Source of the DNA: Antedon mediterranea
Taxonomy: Eukaryota > Animalia > Echinodermata
DNA: 64,000 nucleotides
NCBI RefSeq assembly: GCF_964355755.1
Contig: NC_092680.1
Location: forward strand, 21,213,045-21,277,044
Direction of reading: 5' to 3'
The notes beneath the pieces are model-generated. The model searched no databases and had not been told where the DNA came from. It saw only the letters and a program-made list of their open reading frames with translations. Both the position numbers and the translations under genes were made by a program. Below, piece by piece: positions 52,852-64,000 of the stretch (the stretch's first letter is position 1; the number at the start of each line of letters is the position of its first letter).

Positions 52852-55800
52852 TCATTTTGAGAGTTGAGTCTTGGCTTTCTTAACTTGGCACAACCATTTT
52901 ATGACTTTAGCATTGCGTGTAATTATTGATGAAGTGTTATCTGGAATCTTCTTTAACTTTTTGGTTAGTCCACTTTCACTGACTCGACTTCCTTCTGACA
53001 TGACATCCGAGTCGGCATCTACATGATCATCATTTATTGCTGCCATATACATTGTGTGAAAGACATCATCAAGTTCATGTGGAGACTGTGCAGTAAACAA
53101 CACGTTATCATCAAGACCCATTTGATCAAAAAACGTGTCCAACTCTGTCAGTGAGCTATGGCGCGATGGGGTAGCAACCTGCGGTGTGCTTACGTCCGAA
53201 GACGAGCCCCAAGAGTTTCTTCGCATCAAATGTTGTTTCCGTTTTAAAGAATTATGATTGCTTCCAGTATCGGGTTTTTCTTCAACAGATTTTAGATCAA
53301 GAAATTGAGGTTTTTCTTTCCTTTTTCCACTATTTCTTTTTTCTAGTAATTCCTTTGAGTTGCGTCTGACTCTCATGGCAGATTGTTCATCATGTCTCAT
53401 AACAGATATCATCGTAGCTTCTACAACGCTTTCAGTCGACAAAACCTGAACATTATCTTCTACAAAAACGGAATCTGGACTGTTGTTCTTACTTGAGGTA
53501 GGCTTGTTAGTGGACATCTCACGACTCAGATCTGATGTTCCAATACTATGAGAAACAACACCAGAACTATGACATTTGTTTTTGGTACTACTACCCATAC
53601 TTGGCGAAGTGGAATGTTTGGGTGAAGGTGGATTGTTGGAAGAGTTTAACTTGGATAACACCTCGTGTACTTCATCTATACTTGCTTGTCTTGTTTTAAG
53701 TTCATTTTTCTCAGCCTCTATGTTACGTTGCGTGCTCTGAGTGGTATGCTGCGGTTGACTATAACGACTTGGACAAACAACTTTAACTTCATCAGAAAGT
53801 TCTGTTTTAAATACATCACAATTATTATTACCTTCAGCAGGTTTTCGGTAAGATTTAACACCTTCAGTTCTAATAATCAGCAATTCTTTAGCGGTGGGTT
53901 TATTATCCACATTCTTAGTGTTACAAAATTGCACATTAGTAGAAGTATCTTTCCTATATACATTTTCTTGTTTTTCTGCCTCTGTATTTGAAATTGTCTT
54001 GCATTGTTGTTTATTAACAAGTTTTTGCTTATTTTCCTTCAATGCTTTTTTGTATAAATCCTTAGAATCCTTTTCTCTCCGTCGCTCTCTGGAAACATGA
54101 TCGTTCCAACTATTAACACGTTTCACAACAGGTCGAAAGAAACGATCCATTTTAATATCTTGTTCGTAGTCAGTCTGGCTAAGAGAACTATAAGATGTTT
54201 TATGTTGAGGACAGGTTGGCCTAGAAACTTGAATAGTTGAGGCACTATCCTGGCCAGTAGGTGTGATTTGTTTTATCCTTCCTTCCTGATCTAAACTTGT
54301 AACAACATTACCACAATCTGATACCAGTAAATTTCTATCTGTTGGCTTACTATTCACTGTTGAATATTCATGAGCTTGAACTCTCCAATCATTTTCTTTC
54401 TCAGTAAAACATGCAGGATTTGATTCACTTCTTGTGGGAGGAGCTACACTAGCGTATTGCTTGGTCGGGTTTCCTGTCAAATCAGCATCCAATGGTAATG
54501 AATATTCATATGGCTTATGTCTCAGACTAAAAGCTAATGGTTTCATGGATGACTTACTTTTGCTTGCTTGACTTACTCCAGATAATGAATATTCATTAAA
54601 AACTTTTGAAGGCAGAAAATGTGATTGGTACTGGTATTCATTACCTTCTTGTCCTTTCATGGTTTTTAATTCTGCAGGTTTTAAACCGTAATTAAACTTC
54701 GGCTCATTAGCCTCCAGCACTTGACCCGTAGTTGACCTTAATATCTTCCAATTGATATCATTTGTACATCCATCAACATCACCTGGTTTGACAGTTGTTT
54801 TGAGTTCACTTGAAGTTATTGACCTATGAGACGTAAATTGATTATCACTTATAAGTTCAACTGATGTTGCATCTCCTACACTAGTTTCGTGCCTGAAATC
54901 TTTTATCTGTTTACCATTTTCCAAATTCTCATGTGAGATGCCAGAGCGAATACTGGAAGAAGTTGACAAAGTGGAAGACTTCCTTCTCGGTTGAAATCTG
55001 ACTGGTTTATACTGTTTGGTGAATTTTGATTTTTGTGTTACTAAATATTCTTTGGCATTGCTAGAATGCATGCCATAGTGATCATCCAGTGACTTCTCAT
55101 TCACCTTAGCATATACCTGATATTTTTCTTTTTCTCTATGTGATGATAATGTATCATTGCCATGTTTTGTAATGGTACAATCTACATTCATGTCCTTGAT
55201 ATTAGTAGAGGGCATAATACTTGGTTTTGTACCAGTTCTTCCAAATTCATCAGATTTGATTTGTATCACTTCGTTATTTTTTCTTGAATTAAATCCTGTT
55301 TTCATTACATTTTTATGTTGTATTCTTTTTAATACATTTTCGTTCAGAGGTTTTTTGAGGATTATAGGTTTCTTCGGCTTTTCTGGAATCTTAGGTTTTG
55401 TTGAAGTATTTGATGGATTGTAAATCTCAACAGTTTCTGGTGATTTTCTCTGGTGTCGTGCGTTGCTAGTTTGAACGCCAAGTTTCACAGAAGAAGATGA
55501 TTCTTGCTTGATTGACTTCCTTGGAAAATCTCCAGAATATGGACTATGTTGTGATACTATACTATTGTCATCTTTGATAGGTCTAACAATATATGGAGAT
55601 GCATCAGGATGTAACCAGGTGTTTGCATCAGGTGCAGATCTCTGTCTTACATGTTTCTTAACAAAACCACTAGAAACCTGAGATGGTTTATTTAATATTT
55701 CAGGTTTTTTATCGATTGTTTTATCAGATGGAAAATAATGAAAGCTATGACTTGCTACCATCTTCCGTTCGCCCTCATTCTTTGATTGAGTGCTAACTCC

Positions 55801-56859
55801 GAGTCGTTCGGCAACACTTAACTTTGACGTTGTTTCTACATTGGAATGTGTAAGATCTATTGACAGTGCCTTGACAGCATTGTGATCATTCTTTGCCAGC
55901 CTGTTCTTAGCGCTACTTAATACAGAGTTACCAATACCACTTTGATCAGATTTCAACGTTATTTTATCATGATGTTGTATAGTGCGATTTGAGGTACTGC
56001 TTTTGCTCGTTGGGAATAAAGGCTTCGCTTCAATTACTCTTCTATGCCTCTCGTGGTTCATAGCTTCTAATGAATTATTATTTTCTTGAGTACTAACATA
56101 GTCTTTCAACTGTATATGATATCCAGGTTCTTTTTTTCTTTGCGTTCCTGTGATGTTGGTTTCTTTGTGGTTCTCCTTACCTTGGACAATCTTCAATGAG
56201 TATCCAAGTGGTTTAGGTGGTGTCGGAGGTTTCTTTGGGCTGCTTGGCTTCACATGGTGGCTCTTTTCAATGTTGCTACCTGTTTCTGCACTTATACGCT
56301 GGTCATATTTAATTGCACTTGGTTTATTGGTTAAATTTTCGTCGGAGTTTGAAAAAAACGTAATCCTGTTCAAAACTCTTCCGGATGGAATGTTATTTAA
56401 ATTATCGTTGCATTTGTCCTTTTGGATTTCATTATCCGAGTCATCTGAAGAGAAAGTTGTTATAACAAGTCGTGATTCCACGTGAGGACGTTCAACACTT
56501 CTTGCTCGATGCATCTTCTCTCTTTGTTGTTGTTGTCTTCGGCTTCTCTGTCTAGATTCAATCAAACCAATATCATCCTGAACCTTGTTACTTTGTGAAT
56601 CTCGTACTGGTACGGTTTTACTTCCAAGACTTTTCTTATTCTTGTTAAAATATTCTACTCTGTTGTGACTCATATTCAAACTATTTTCATTCTCACCACC
56701 CCGTGCAAAAATGGTATGATCTCCTCTACCTTGAAACAGTTGCTCAGCTGCGGTTCGTTTCCGCGGTTGGCTTGAAGTATTCCGACGGAAAAAATTTGGA
56801 CTTTTATTCACCACTTGAAGAGGAGTCTTTCTCTTGACTGTGTCATCGTCGAAAGCCAT
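52852..56859 (-). CDS. FAM110: FAM110-family protein, 1335 aa, single coding exon
   Basis: N-terminal TPLQVVNKSPNFFRR..KRTAAEQL resembles the FAM110 PLRILNKGPDYFRR/SAVERL motif. C-terminal ELDTFFDQMGLD..SIITRNAKVIKWLCQVKKA resembles LERFFNYCGLD..SIIERNARIIKWL. The middle is low-complexity and S/K/N-rich. Acceptor at 57021 and 5' UTR donor at 58609. Confidence 0.82.
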   Translation of the reverse strand: MAFDDDTVKRKTPLQVVNKSPNFFRRNTSSQPRKRTAAEQLFQGRGDHTIFARGGENENSLNMSHNRVEYFNKNKKSLGSKTVPVRDSQSNKVQDDIGLIESRQRSRRQQQQREKMHRARSVERPHVESRLVITTFSSDDSDNEIQKDKCNDNLNNIPSGRVLNRITFFSNSDENLTNKPSAIKYDQRISAETGSNIEKSHHVKPSSPKKPPTPPKPLGYSLKIVQGKENHKETNITGTQRKKEPGYHIQLKDYVSTQENNNSLEAMNHERHRRVIEAKPLFPTSKSSTSNRTIQHHDKITLKSDQSGIGNSVLSSAKNRLAKNDHNAVKALSIDLTHSNVETTSKLSVAERLGVSTQSKNEGERKMVASHSFHYFPSDKTIDKKPEILNKPSQVSSGFVKKHVRQRSAPDANTWLHPDASPYIVRPIKDDNSIVSQHSPYSGDFPRKSIKQESSSSVKLGVQTSNARHQRKSPETVEIYNPSNTSTKPKIPEKPKKPIILKKPLNENVLKRIQHKNVMKTGFNSRKNNEVIQIKSDEFGRTGTKPSIMPSTNIKDMNVDCTITKHGNDTLSSHREKEKYQVYAKVNEKSLDDHYGMHSSNAKEYLVTQKSKFTKQYKPVRFQPRRKSSTLSTSSSIRSGISHENLENGKQIKDFRHETSVGDATSVELISDNQFTSHRSITSSELKTTVKPGDVDGCTNDINWKILRSTTGQVLEANEPKFNYGLKPAELKTMKGQEGNEYQYQSHFLPSKVFNEYSLSGVSQASKSKSSMKPLAFSLRHKPYEYSLPLDADLTGNPTKQYASVAPPTRSESNPACFTEKENDWRVQAHEYSTVNSKPTDRNLLVSDCGNVVTSLDQEGRIKQITPTGQDSASTIQVSRPTCPQHKTSYSSLSQTDYEQDIKMDRFFRPVVKRVNSWNDHVSRERRREKDSKDLYKKALKENKQKLVNKQQCKTISNTEAEKQENVYRKDTSTNVQFCNTKNVDNKPTAKELLIIRTEGVKSYRKPAEGNNNCDVFKTELSDEVKVVCPSRYSQPQHTTQSTQRNIEAEKNELKTRQASIDEVHEVLSKLNSSNNPPSPKHSTSPSMGSSTKNKCHSSGVVSHSIGTSDLSREMSTNKPTSSKNNSPDSVFVEDNVQVLSTESVVEATMISVMRHDEQSAMRVRRNSKELLEKRNSGKRKEKPQFLDLKSVEEKPDTGSNHNSLKRKQHLMRRNSWGSSSDVSTPQVATPSRHSSLTELDTFFDQMGLDDNVLFTAQSPHELDDVFHTMYMAAINDDHVDADSDVMSEGSRVSESGLTKKLKKIPDNTSSIITRNAKVIKWLCQVKKAKTQLSK

Positions 56860-59581
56860 AATAAAGCTGATCTATTCTAGCTCATATCATTAAAAAATAC
56901 TTGTGTATCACAGCAGTCTACCACCAACCATTGAATATGGTTGATTCAGCAATTGATAATAATTAACATCTGTTCATTAATTTCACTATTCATCCACTGG
57001 TCTTCCTTCCTTCGCATGATCTGTGAACAAAAGATGAGAATCAACGTTAACAATAGATTTTATTACATTTGTGCATTCAACTTTAAAAGGCTTCCATCCT
57101 TCCAATTGGATGCTGTTCAAAATTCAAATTGAGAAAACTCCTAAAATGGAAACTTCCATTTAACATAAAAGGTATGATTAGATACCAGAAATCAAATACA
57201 ACCATAGTGTGTATTAAACTATTATTTACAAATGTCCTGATCAAAATGGAAGATTCCAACGGACACTTTTGAGAACCTTTGAACAGGAACTCATGACAAA
57301 ATTACACAAACTTTTGTTGAGATGTGGACATAGACTATTAAATACTAAAGTACAATAAACTAAGTCAACAAAGTGACACATATTTCAACTGAATGATAAT
57401 TGATTGAGAACTTCTCAAATATCAAAGTACTATACAGTACTATAAACAGAAATCATTGATGTACATTTTCAATTTTCTACATGTACCGGTATTATAATAA
57501 AGGTCAATTTGAATGTACAGTATTATATAAATCTTTTTAAACTAGAGATTGAGTGCAGTGATAAATAACTTACATTTTTTTATGTGCATCCTACTAAATT
57601 CTAATTTTTTTTTTCATCAAACATACAGTACTTTACTGTACTATTGAAAATACTATTGAACATTTTAGTTTGAAAGTTACAGCAACACCTCCTTTTTTTT
57701 AAATGTAACACAAATTTGTACAAAATGATTCATTTTGTTCTGTCTTTGAATTGTACATTTTTGTTCAATTGCAATTGCCTAGTCATTCTTAATACGGTCA
57801 GTGACCACACAGAAATTAATTTATCAAATGGTATTATTGACCAATGTTTATTTTGTTAAATTCATATTGAGAAAATTAACCCAAAGATATTAAATGCCAA
57901 TGAATTTGAGATATTTTAATGTATTTAAGTAAAATAACGAAATGAAATAAATGACATATGTTAAGGTGATTGTTTGTATCTACTGTACTGTAGTAGATGA
58001 ACATTTTCAGAATGTCATATTAAACCAGCAATTTTCTGCTAAGTATCTTTAAGGATTTTTACCGAGATAAAGTTGGCCTATGGATGTTTATTATTTTAAA
58101 AAATGGAAAAAAGTACACATTTGTCAAACTCCTCCGGTAGAACTTCAGTATAAATTAAAAATGACTTTAATTTTCAATTTATTTATTCACTTTAATTCAA
58201 GTAGGCCTGAATATAACTGGACTAGGCTAGTGCTTATTACTTTAAGCACATTCATAGAAAATTTACATGCTAGGGATTTTTAAATTAACATGGTGTTAAA
58301 TCCCCCGAAGACGCTGTTATTTTTGTTTGGTTACGCTCGGCTGGTCACGACTGTTTATCATCTCTGCAAATCTATTTCCTTATGACACCTGGTTTAAAAT
58401 ACCCCCTCACCTGCCAGAATTGACCTTTTTGGTTGGGTACATGTTCTATTCATATTACATTACATATGTTGTAACAATAGGCAGTCACTCCTCCTGCCTT
58501 CCTGCTAGAATTAATACCACCAGAGTATAAGTATGCAACAATAAGAACAGCTGAGTACATATTTTAATCTTATTATTAGAGTTAAGTTAACAATAAATGG
58601 GTTTCTTACCGATTTAAGCTTAGCTACCATCACATGCATGCACACATCAACATCAGCTGATCATTTCCCCATCTTTTACCGGTCAACATCACCTCCTGAC
58701 GATCTGTTGACTTGTTAATAGCAGCATCAACCTGTCGGCTAAAGTAAGGGCGTACCTGTATTCTACGTTGGTATCTACGTTATTTTTAAGATTAAGAATG
58801 TATAAAAAGGTCCACGAACCGTTGGATTTATTCGATTTCACGGCTCACAAAATGTTTAATGACGTATAAAATAACAAATAAACGTCGGATAATATTTTCA
58901 TGAGACAAAACAACACTACACAACAAAAATACGCTATATTTCGTATCCCGCCCTCTTGATTGAAAAATAATAATAAACACAGAGAAAAACATTCAGTCTA
59001 GCGAGGGCGCCATTTACATTTATCATTCCAAAATCACGCTTGGAGACGCATGATGCAGACTGTCAAGACGATTTTGTATCATTTAGTAAAATAATATTAT
59101 TTTGTTAATGTTACCCAACATTCTTTGTCCCTTTCCCATTTTCTTAGATGAAACACTATTTTTGCCGTGGATGTGACGAGTTCACATCTGATTACGTAAT
59201 ACAATTAGGCCTATTCAACTTTGACTTTACTCAAAATAATATTAATAATCATTCAAATAAAAACAAATTCCAAATCCAATTAAAATTTACTACTAATCAT
59301 AACGGAAACCGATGGTTTTTTAAACTTTTTTTTAAAATATAAAATATACCGGTACCGGTTGCAGTGTGAACATGATACTGCCGGTTCAGAGCGCCCTCTA
59401 AAACACACACATTATCAATATTACGGTCAAAGATTTATCAGCCATTACCTGTAAAATAAATAAGGTCGTTAAATTGAGAAGATTAACGATAGGCCTAGCT
59501 GGTTGCCTATATCAAGGGACTTAATGAAACAATAGAAAAAAACACGGAAGAAACAGTAAAATAAGGGTACAAAGCTGAGAC

Positions 59582-62500
59582 ATGGAGTCTGTAAAAATAA
59601 AACATGCACGCATTACAGAAGAGGAGGTAGGTTTGATGAAGTTGTACATTTTAATTTTAATTTATTTTTGGCCATGCGTAACGTCCTGGCATACTTCAAT
59701 ACAAAATTAAACTCTCCCAAAAGTGAACATTTTTATGGCTGGAAAACAACGTTTGGTTTCCCGGAAATCATTTCAGAATTCTTTTTTGGAAAATTTGAAC
59801 GAATTCAGGTTCATTTTGAGTAAGATGTGTTTCGATTTGGAACCGTCGATATATTAGGCTACTTGCAAAACTATAGTTTGCACAATGTCAGATGTAGTCC
59901 CTATACGTGTCTCATATCCAGGAATCTGTATTGTAGTGGTTTTATTCACTTTTTCTGCTTTGATCCCAAGTTTTATAAAGTTCATCAAACTAAATATTGA
60001 ATAAAGTAAAACAGGCAAAGTCCAATCGATTATGGCTGCTAGTTGTATGATTATGGCTGCTAGTTGTATGATTATAATTCTAATTTTACCATTGAGATAA
60101 GAAGAACCGGGATTGGTGCTACAATGATGCTGATATACTTTATTATTATCTCTTTGCTCGAATAGTATACTGCAAGGCCGTAGCAAGAAGTTAAAAACAG
60201 ACGAGGCATAAAATATGACGATCTCTCTCTGCTGGGGAGTTTGGGTGGGCGGTGAACATTGAAAAGACGTGGTGGGCGCCTCTTCTGCCACATGCTGGCT
60301 ACGGCCCCCTGATAGATGCCAATGAATCATGCTAAACATTAATTTCATCGCAATAAAAAAATGATAAAAGTAATCGAATCGGTATGACGCTGTTTTACAA
60401 CAATTGGTACAAGTGTATTTGCTGCAACCGCAAACGCGGACATGATCCTATCAACCGATTGAATATTTAAATAAGATAATAACGGCCAAAGATAAACACA
60501 CACACAAAATATAAACGTAATTTCTTATAAAATGATTATTTACGGTTCCGTATATTTCTACACTATAAAACTAGTTTGACAAAAAAAAGGGTGATGTGCC
60601 CAAATATGGCGTCATGGCCATATATGGGCACATCACGTTTTTTTGTCACATAAAGTTTGATAGTGTAGACAGAGCTTTATTATATATCATGTGACCACTT
60701 GGTTAGCATCTACAATGTTCTAAAAATATTTTTATTTTATAGAAAATACCACTGAGACGCGGGAAACCTCCGAAATTAACAGTATTTAACAAATTATGTT
60801 TTGGCGTCGGTGGCATGCCATATCAGCTTACAAACACAGTCATTGGTTTTTATATTTCAGTTTTTCTTCTGGAAACTGCAGGGGTGAGTAAATCACAAAA
60901 GAATTGTTCGATCTTAATTCACAATAAAAGCAAAAAATATCGTAGAACGAACTTTGAATAATATTCGTCAGTATTTAATTTAATGTAAAGACCCGCAACT
61001 GAGTAAAAAACTCATCAACCATGATGGTATAATGAAATTATGTAAACTTTTCGTTTAGGTTCCACCGCAATACGCAAGTGCAATTATTTTTTCTGGTAGA
61101 GTATGGGACGCTCTTACCGACCCAGTCATTGGATTGTTGGTAACTAAGACGGATACGAGATTCGGAAAACTCAAACCATGGTAAATAATTTACAAGTATC
61201 ATAATCATCATTATAGTAATAATAGACTTTAACGTGTATAAAGCTCTGTCCACACTATCAAACTTAACGTGACAACAAAATTTGATGTGTCCATATCATG
61301 GACATGGTGATGTCATATCACTACCATATTTGGGCATATCTCTACCATAATTGGACGCATTACACATTTTTGTCAAACTAGTTTGATAGTGAAGACATAG
61401 CTTTAGAAATTGTTGGAGTATAGGCCCAACATCTTATTATAAGGTGCGTATGACGACGTACTGCGTACTGCGTACTGCGTACTTCATGGAGGAAAAAATA
61501 AAAAAAAGAAAGGAAAGAACATGTTTTTTTCCGTGGTTACTTTAATTCTTTCATGATGTTTCTACAACGAAATCCGAAAAGTAGCAAAATTCTCAATTTT
61601 TCTTCTTGATTTTATTTTTAATTATAGAATCTTTGAAATGAAATAGGACCTAAATAACAACTAAATGAATCTATTTCAAACACAATTTATTTCAGGATGG
61701 CAACAGCCGCTCCATTTGCAGTAGTTACGTTCTTCTTTCTCTGGTATGTTCCTGACTTTGAGGAGGACGGGTACAAACTCGCTTGGTATCTTTTATTTTA
61801 TTGTGTTTTCCAGACATTGTTGTCGGTAAGCTTTTTATTTCAATTACACTATTGACTTTTATACAGAGATTGGTTTTCATATTCTTCTCATTAACGCAGT
61901 TTTTACGATGGTGATAAGCTTTGATTGGCTAAATCACCGCCTTATCATTGCCAATTGCTTATTACATGGCAAATTTGCCATGGATGTTAATTACCGTACT
62001 TTGTGTGGTATTTAGTAAAAAGGTTCACCTAAATCTATTTTATTGTATGTGTGATATGATTGTTTGTTGCACGATAACAATTCTCAAGTCCTGAATTGCC
62101 TTTTTTAAAAACTTGTATAGGCCTAGATGTTATTTTATTAGCTATATCGTATACAATGGACCATGCGTGTTGATTTTCAGGAAAATTATGTCTCAAACAT
62201 TTATTAAAATCTCGAGTTATCTATCTTCAATATGGACCGAAATATTACAAAACAATTTCAAACCCAAATTGAACATAAAACATGTTAAATAACTTTCATT
62301 TTTTCAAAAGGTAGACCTACTCCAGATACTGTCTATCTTCAAATTGAAGAAATTGACTATGTTCATCAATCCAGTGTCTTGATCTTTCGTTTCCGTTTTA
62401 TCTTGCAGTCATTCCACATGCCCTTCTCAGCACTCACTTTATTTATCACAGAGGACCAGGCAGAGAGGGATTCTGCTACCGCTTACAGTAAGTTACCTTT

Positions 62501-63668
62501 TAGGCCTAATTCAATTAAAATTAAATTAATGGCTGCATAAATTGTGAACATTTGCATAGTACAATATCATTATTTCGATTCTATCACTCAAATAACGCTC
62601 GTATTCAATTATGTTTCCAAAATGACACCTGTTTTGTGCAATTGTTTGAATCGAAGATATACTACACAATTTGCATTTGTATGTTATCTTTGCGCAGAGG
62701 CGATATCGTAGCCAATGAGGTTTATCCGAGGCGTGATTATTGCTAGTTGAAAACTTATCCCAATACCCCGCACAAGAGACGTGAAATATCGTAACTTGAT
62801 GCAATGTTTGAACGTTCTAACGAACGAATTATGAAATAAAAACAGAATTTTCAATTGTCAAATGTGTTTGGTACACTTTATCAATTGTTTACAAATACGC
62901 CAAGATGTTGTTTAACTTCTTCTATTAACTTATTTAGGATTTTAATAACTGAATATTCTATCAAAAGTACAACCAGGGAAGAGTGACATTGTAATTTCCT
63001 TCTTCCCTGGTACAACACACGTTGATACGAAAAAAATATATGTTGATAAAGCTTACGTTCTGCCGATAGTACAATAGAAATCTTAACTTTCGAAAGACAT
63101 TTGTAAAACTAAATTTGAGTTGCTCTCGTACCTTTGTTGACAGTATCTTTTTTCTGCTGTATTTTGATATGAAATTAGATACAATTGTATCAACTATAGG
63201 GAAACCGATAAAGTTTATTTATTAACTTTAAACATGACATCATTCATGATGATACCATATTCAAGTTCACACAATGACACCTATATTGTGCAATTGTTTA
63301 AATAGAACATACTACACGATTAGTATTTGTACGTTATCTTTGCGCAGAGGCGATATCATAGCCAATGAGGTTTATCCGAGGCGTGATTATTGCTAGTTGA
63401 AAACTTATCCCAATACCCCGCACAAGAGACGTGAAATATCGTAACTTGATGCAATTTGTAAACGTTCTAGCGAACGAATAACGAAATAAAATCAGAAACT
63501 ATTCATGAAAAACTTGTCTTTTTAGGAATGGCAAGCGAGGTAGCAGGAACCTTACTTGGAAACATAATAATGGGCCAAACCGTGTTTATATACGTTAAGA
63601 ACTCGGGAGAATCAAGAGATTGTTCGGGAAATGCTACAGAAGTTCCACAGGAAATTATTGATGCTGAG
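59582..63668 (+). CDS. MFSD2A: MFSD2A/B-like sodium-dependent lysolipid (MFS, glycoside-pentoside-hexuronide family) transporter, first 6 exons; continues beyond window
   Basis: Exons 59582-59626, 60743-60883, 61059-61180, 61696-61825, 62409-62487, 63526-63668 are in phase. Translation includes NKLCFGVGGMPYQ, GRVWDALTDP, GKLKPW, WYLLFYCVFQT, FHMPFSALTLFITEDQAERDSATAYRM and EVAGTLLG. Orthology to A versus B cannot be resolved. Confidence 0.9.
60556..60676. mobile_element. MITE family A copy in MFSD2 intron 1
   Basis: CTACACTATAAAACTAGTTTGAC..GTTTGATAGTGTAGACAGAGCT. Confidence 0.8.
61242..61402. mobile_element. MITE family A copy in MFSD2 intron 3
   Basis: AGCTCTGTCCACACTATCAAAC..GTTTGATAGTGAAGACATAGCT. 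Confidence 0.85.
62620..63492 (+). repeat. ~220-bp direct duplication in MFSD2 intron 5 (62620-62845 and 63275-63492)
   Basis: Near-identical TTATCTTTGCGCAGAGGCGATATC..GTAACTTGATGCAAT blocks about 660 bp apart. Confidence 0.9.
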
Positions 63669-64000
63669 GTAGAATAGAGATATCAAAAATAATCACTAAA
63701 TGTCTTTTTTTTGTATAAATTCTAAATAAAATGGTTCGTCAATCCCATAAAGGTTAAGACAATATGTACTAAGGTCAATGCGTACAAAGTCGATCTAATT
63801 TAAAACTAATTCAAGCTATCTCTCTCTGATACAATGTGAGGTGATTTTTTCAATTAATATAAGTGAAAACATTAAAATTATGCATAATAAAATGTAAAAC
63901 TTCCCTAAAAAATTATCAATATGTACTGTGGAATGAAGAAGCTTCAAATATACAGTGCTAATTGGTTTAAGCTACGTCGCAGAACTGCATGTCTTCTTTA

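Noticed and set aside
26328-56485. Shadow ORFs overlapping ECHDC1, the TRIM-NHL gene and the FAM110-like gene
   Set aside because: Antisense or alternate-frame ORFs of real coding exons.
59854-60348. 164-aa minus-strand ORF in MFSD2 intron 1
   Set aside because: No recognisable motif. It includes a short tandem duplication (IIQLAA x2) and is more likely a repeat remnant.

Overview
AT-rich eukaryotic (metazoan) genomic DNA with GT-AG spliceosomal introns. It is probably from a marine invertebrate, but that is inference. Six protein-coding genes could be reconstructed by hand, arranged as three head-to-head pairs: RPA2(-)/ECHDC1(+), a RING-coiled-coil-NHL (TRIM-NHL-like) gene(-)/RPS21(+), and a very long FAM110-like gene(-)/MFSD2A-like transporter(+, runs off the window end). 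The most striking structure is a non-coding ~8.8 kb nested foldback element (16261-~25081). It has outer terminal inverted repeats (TIRs), a flanking direct repeat, inverted arrays of a ~100-bp hairpin-containing satellite, ~625-bp palindromic modules with TTAGGG motifs and a nested 15-bp-repeat foldback core. It sits in what appears to have been the short bidirectional promoter of RPA2 and ECHDC1. The window also holds two multi-copy PIF/Harbinger-type MITE families, a further single MITE and a Helentron-type (HINE) element. Other features are ~32-36-bp inverted-repeat scars with 7-bp direct repeats (possible P/Galileo-type excision footprints), decayed LINE/SINE remnants and a strongly over-represented TAGGCCTA octamer. 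All calls were made by eye, with no database searches.
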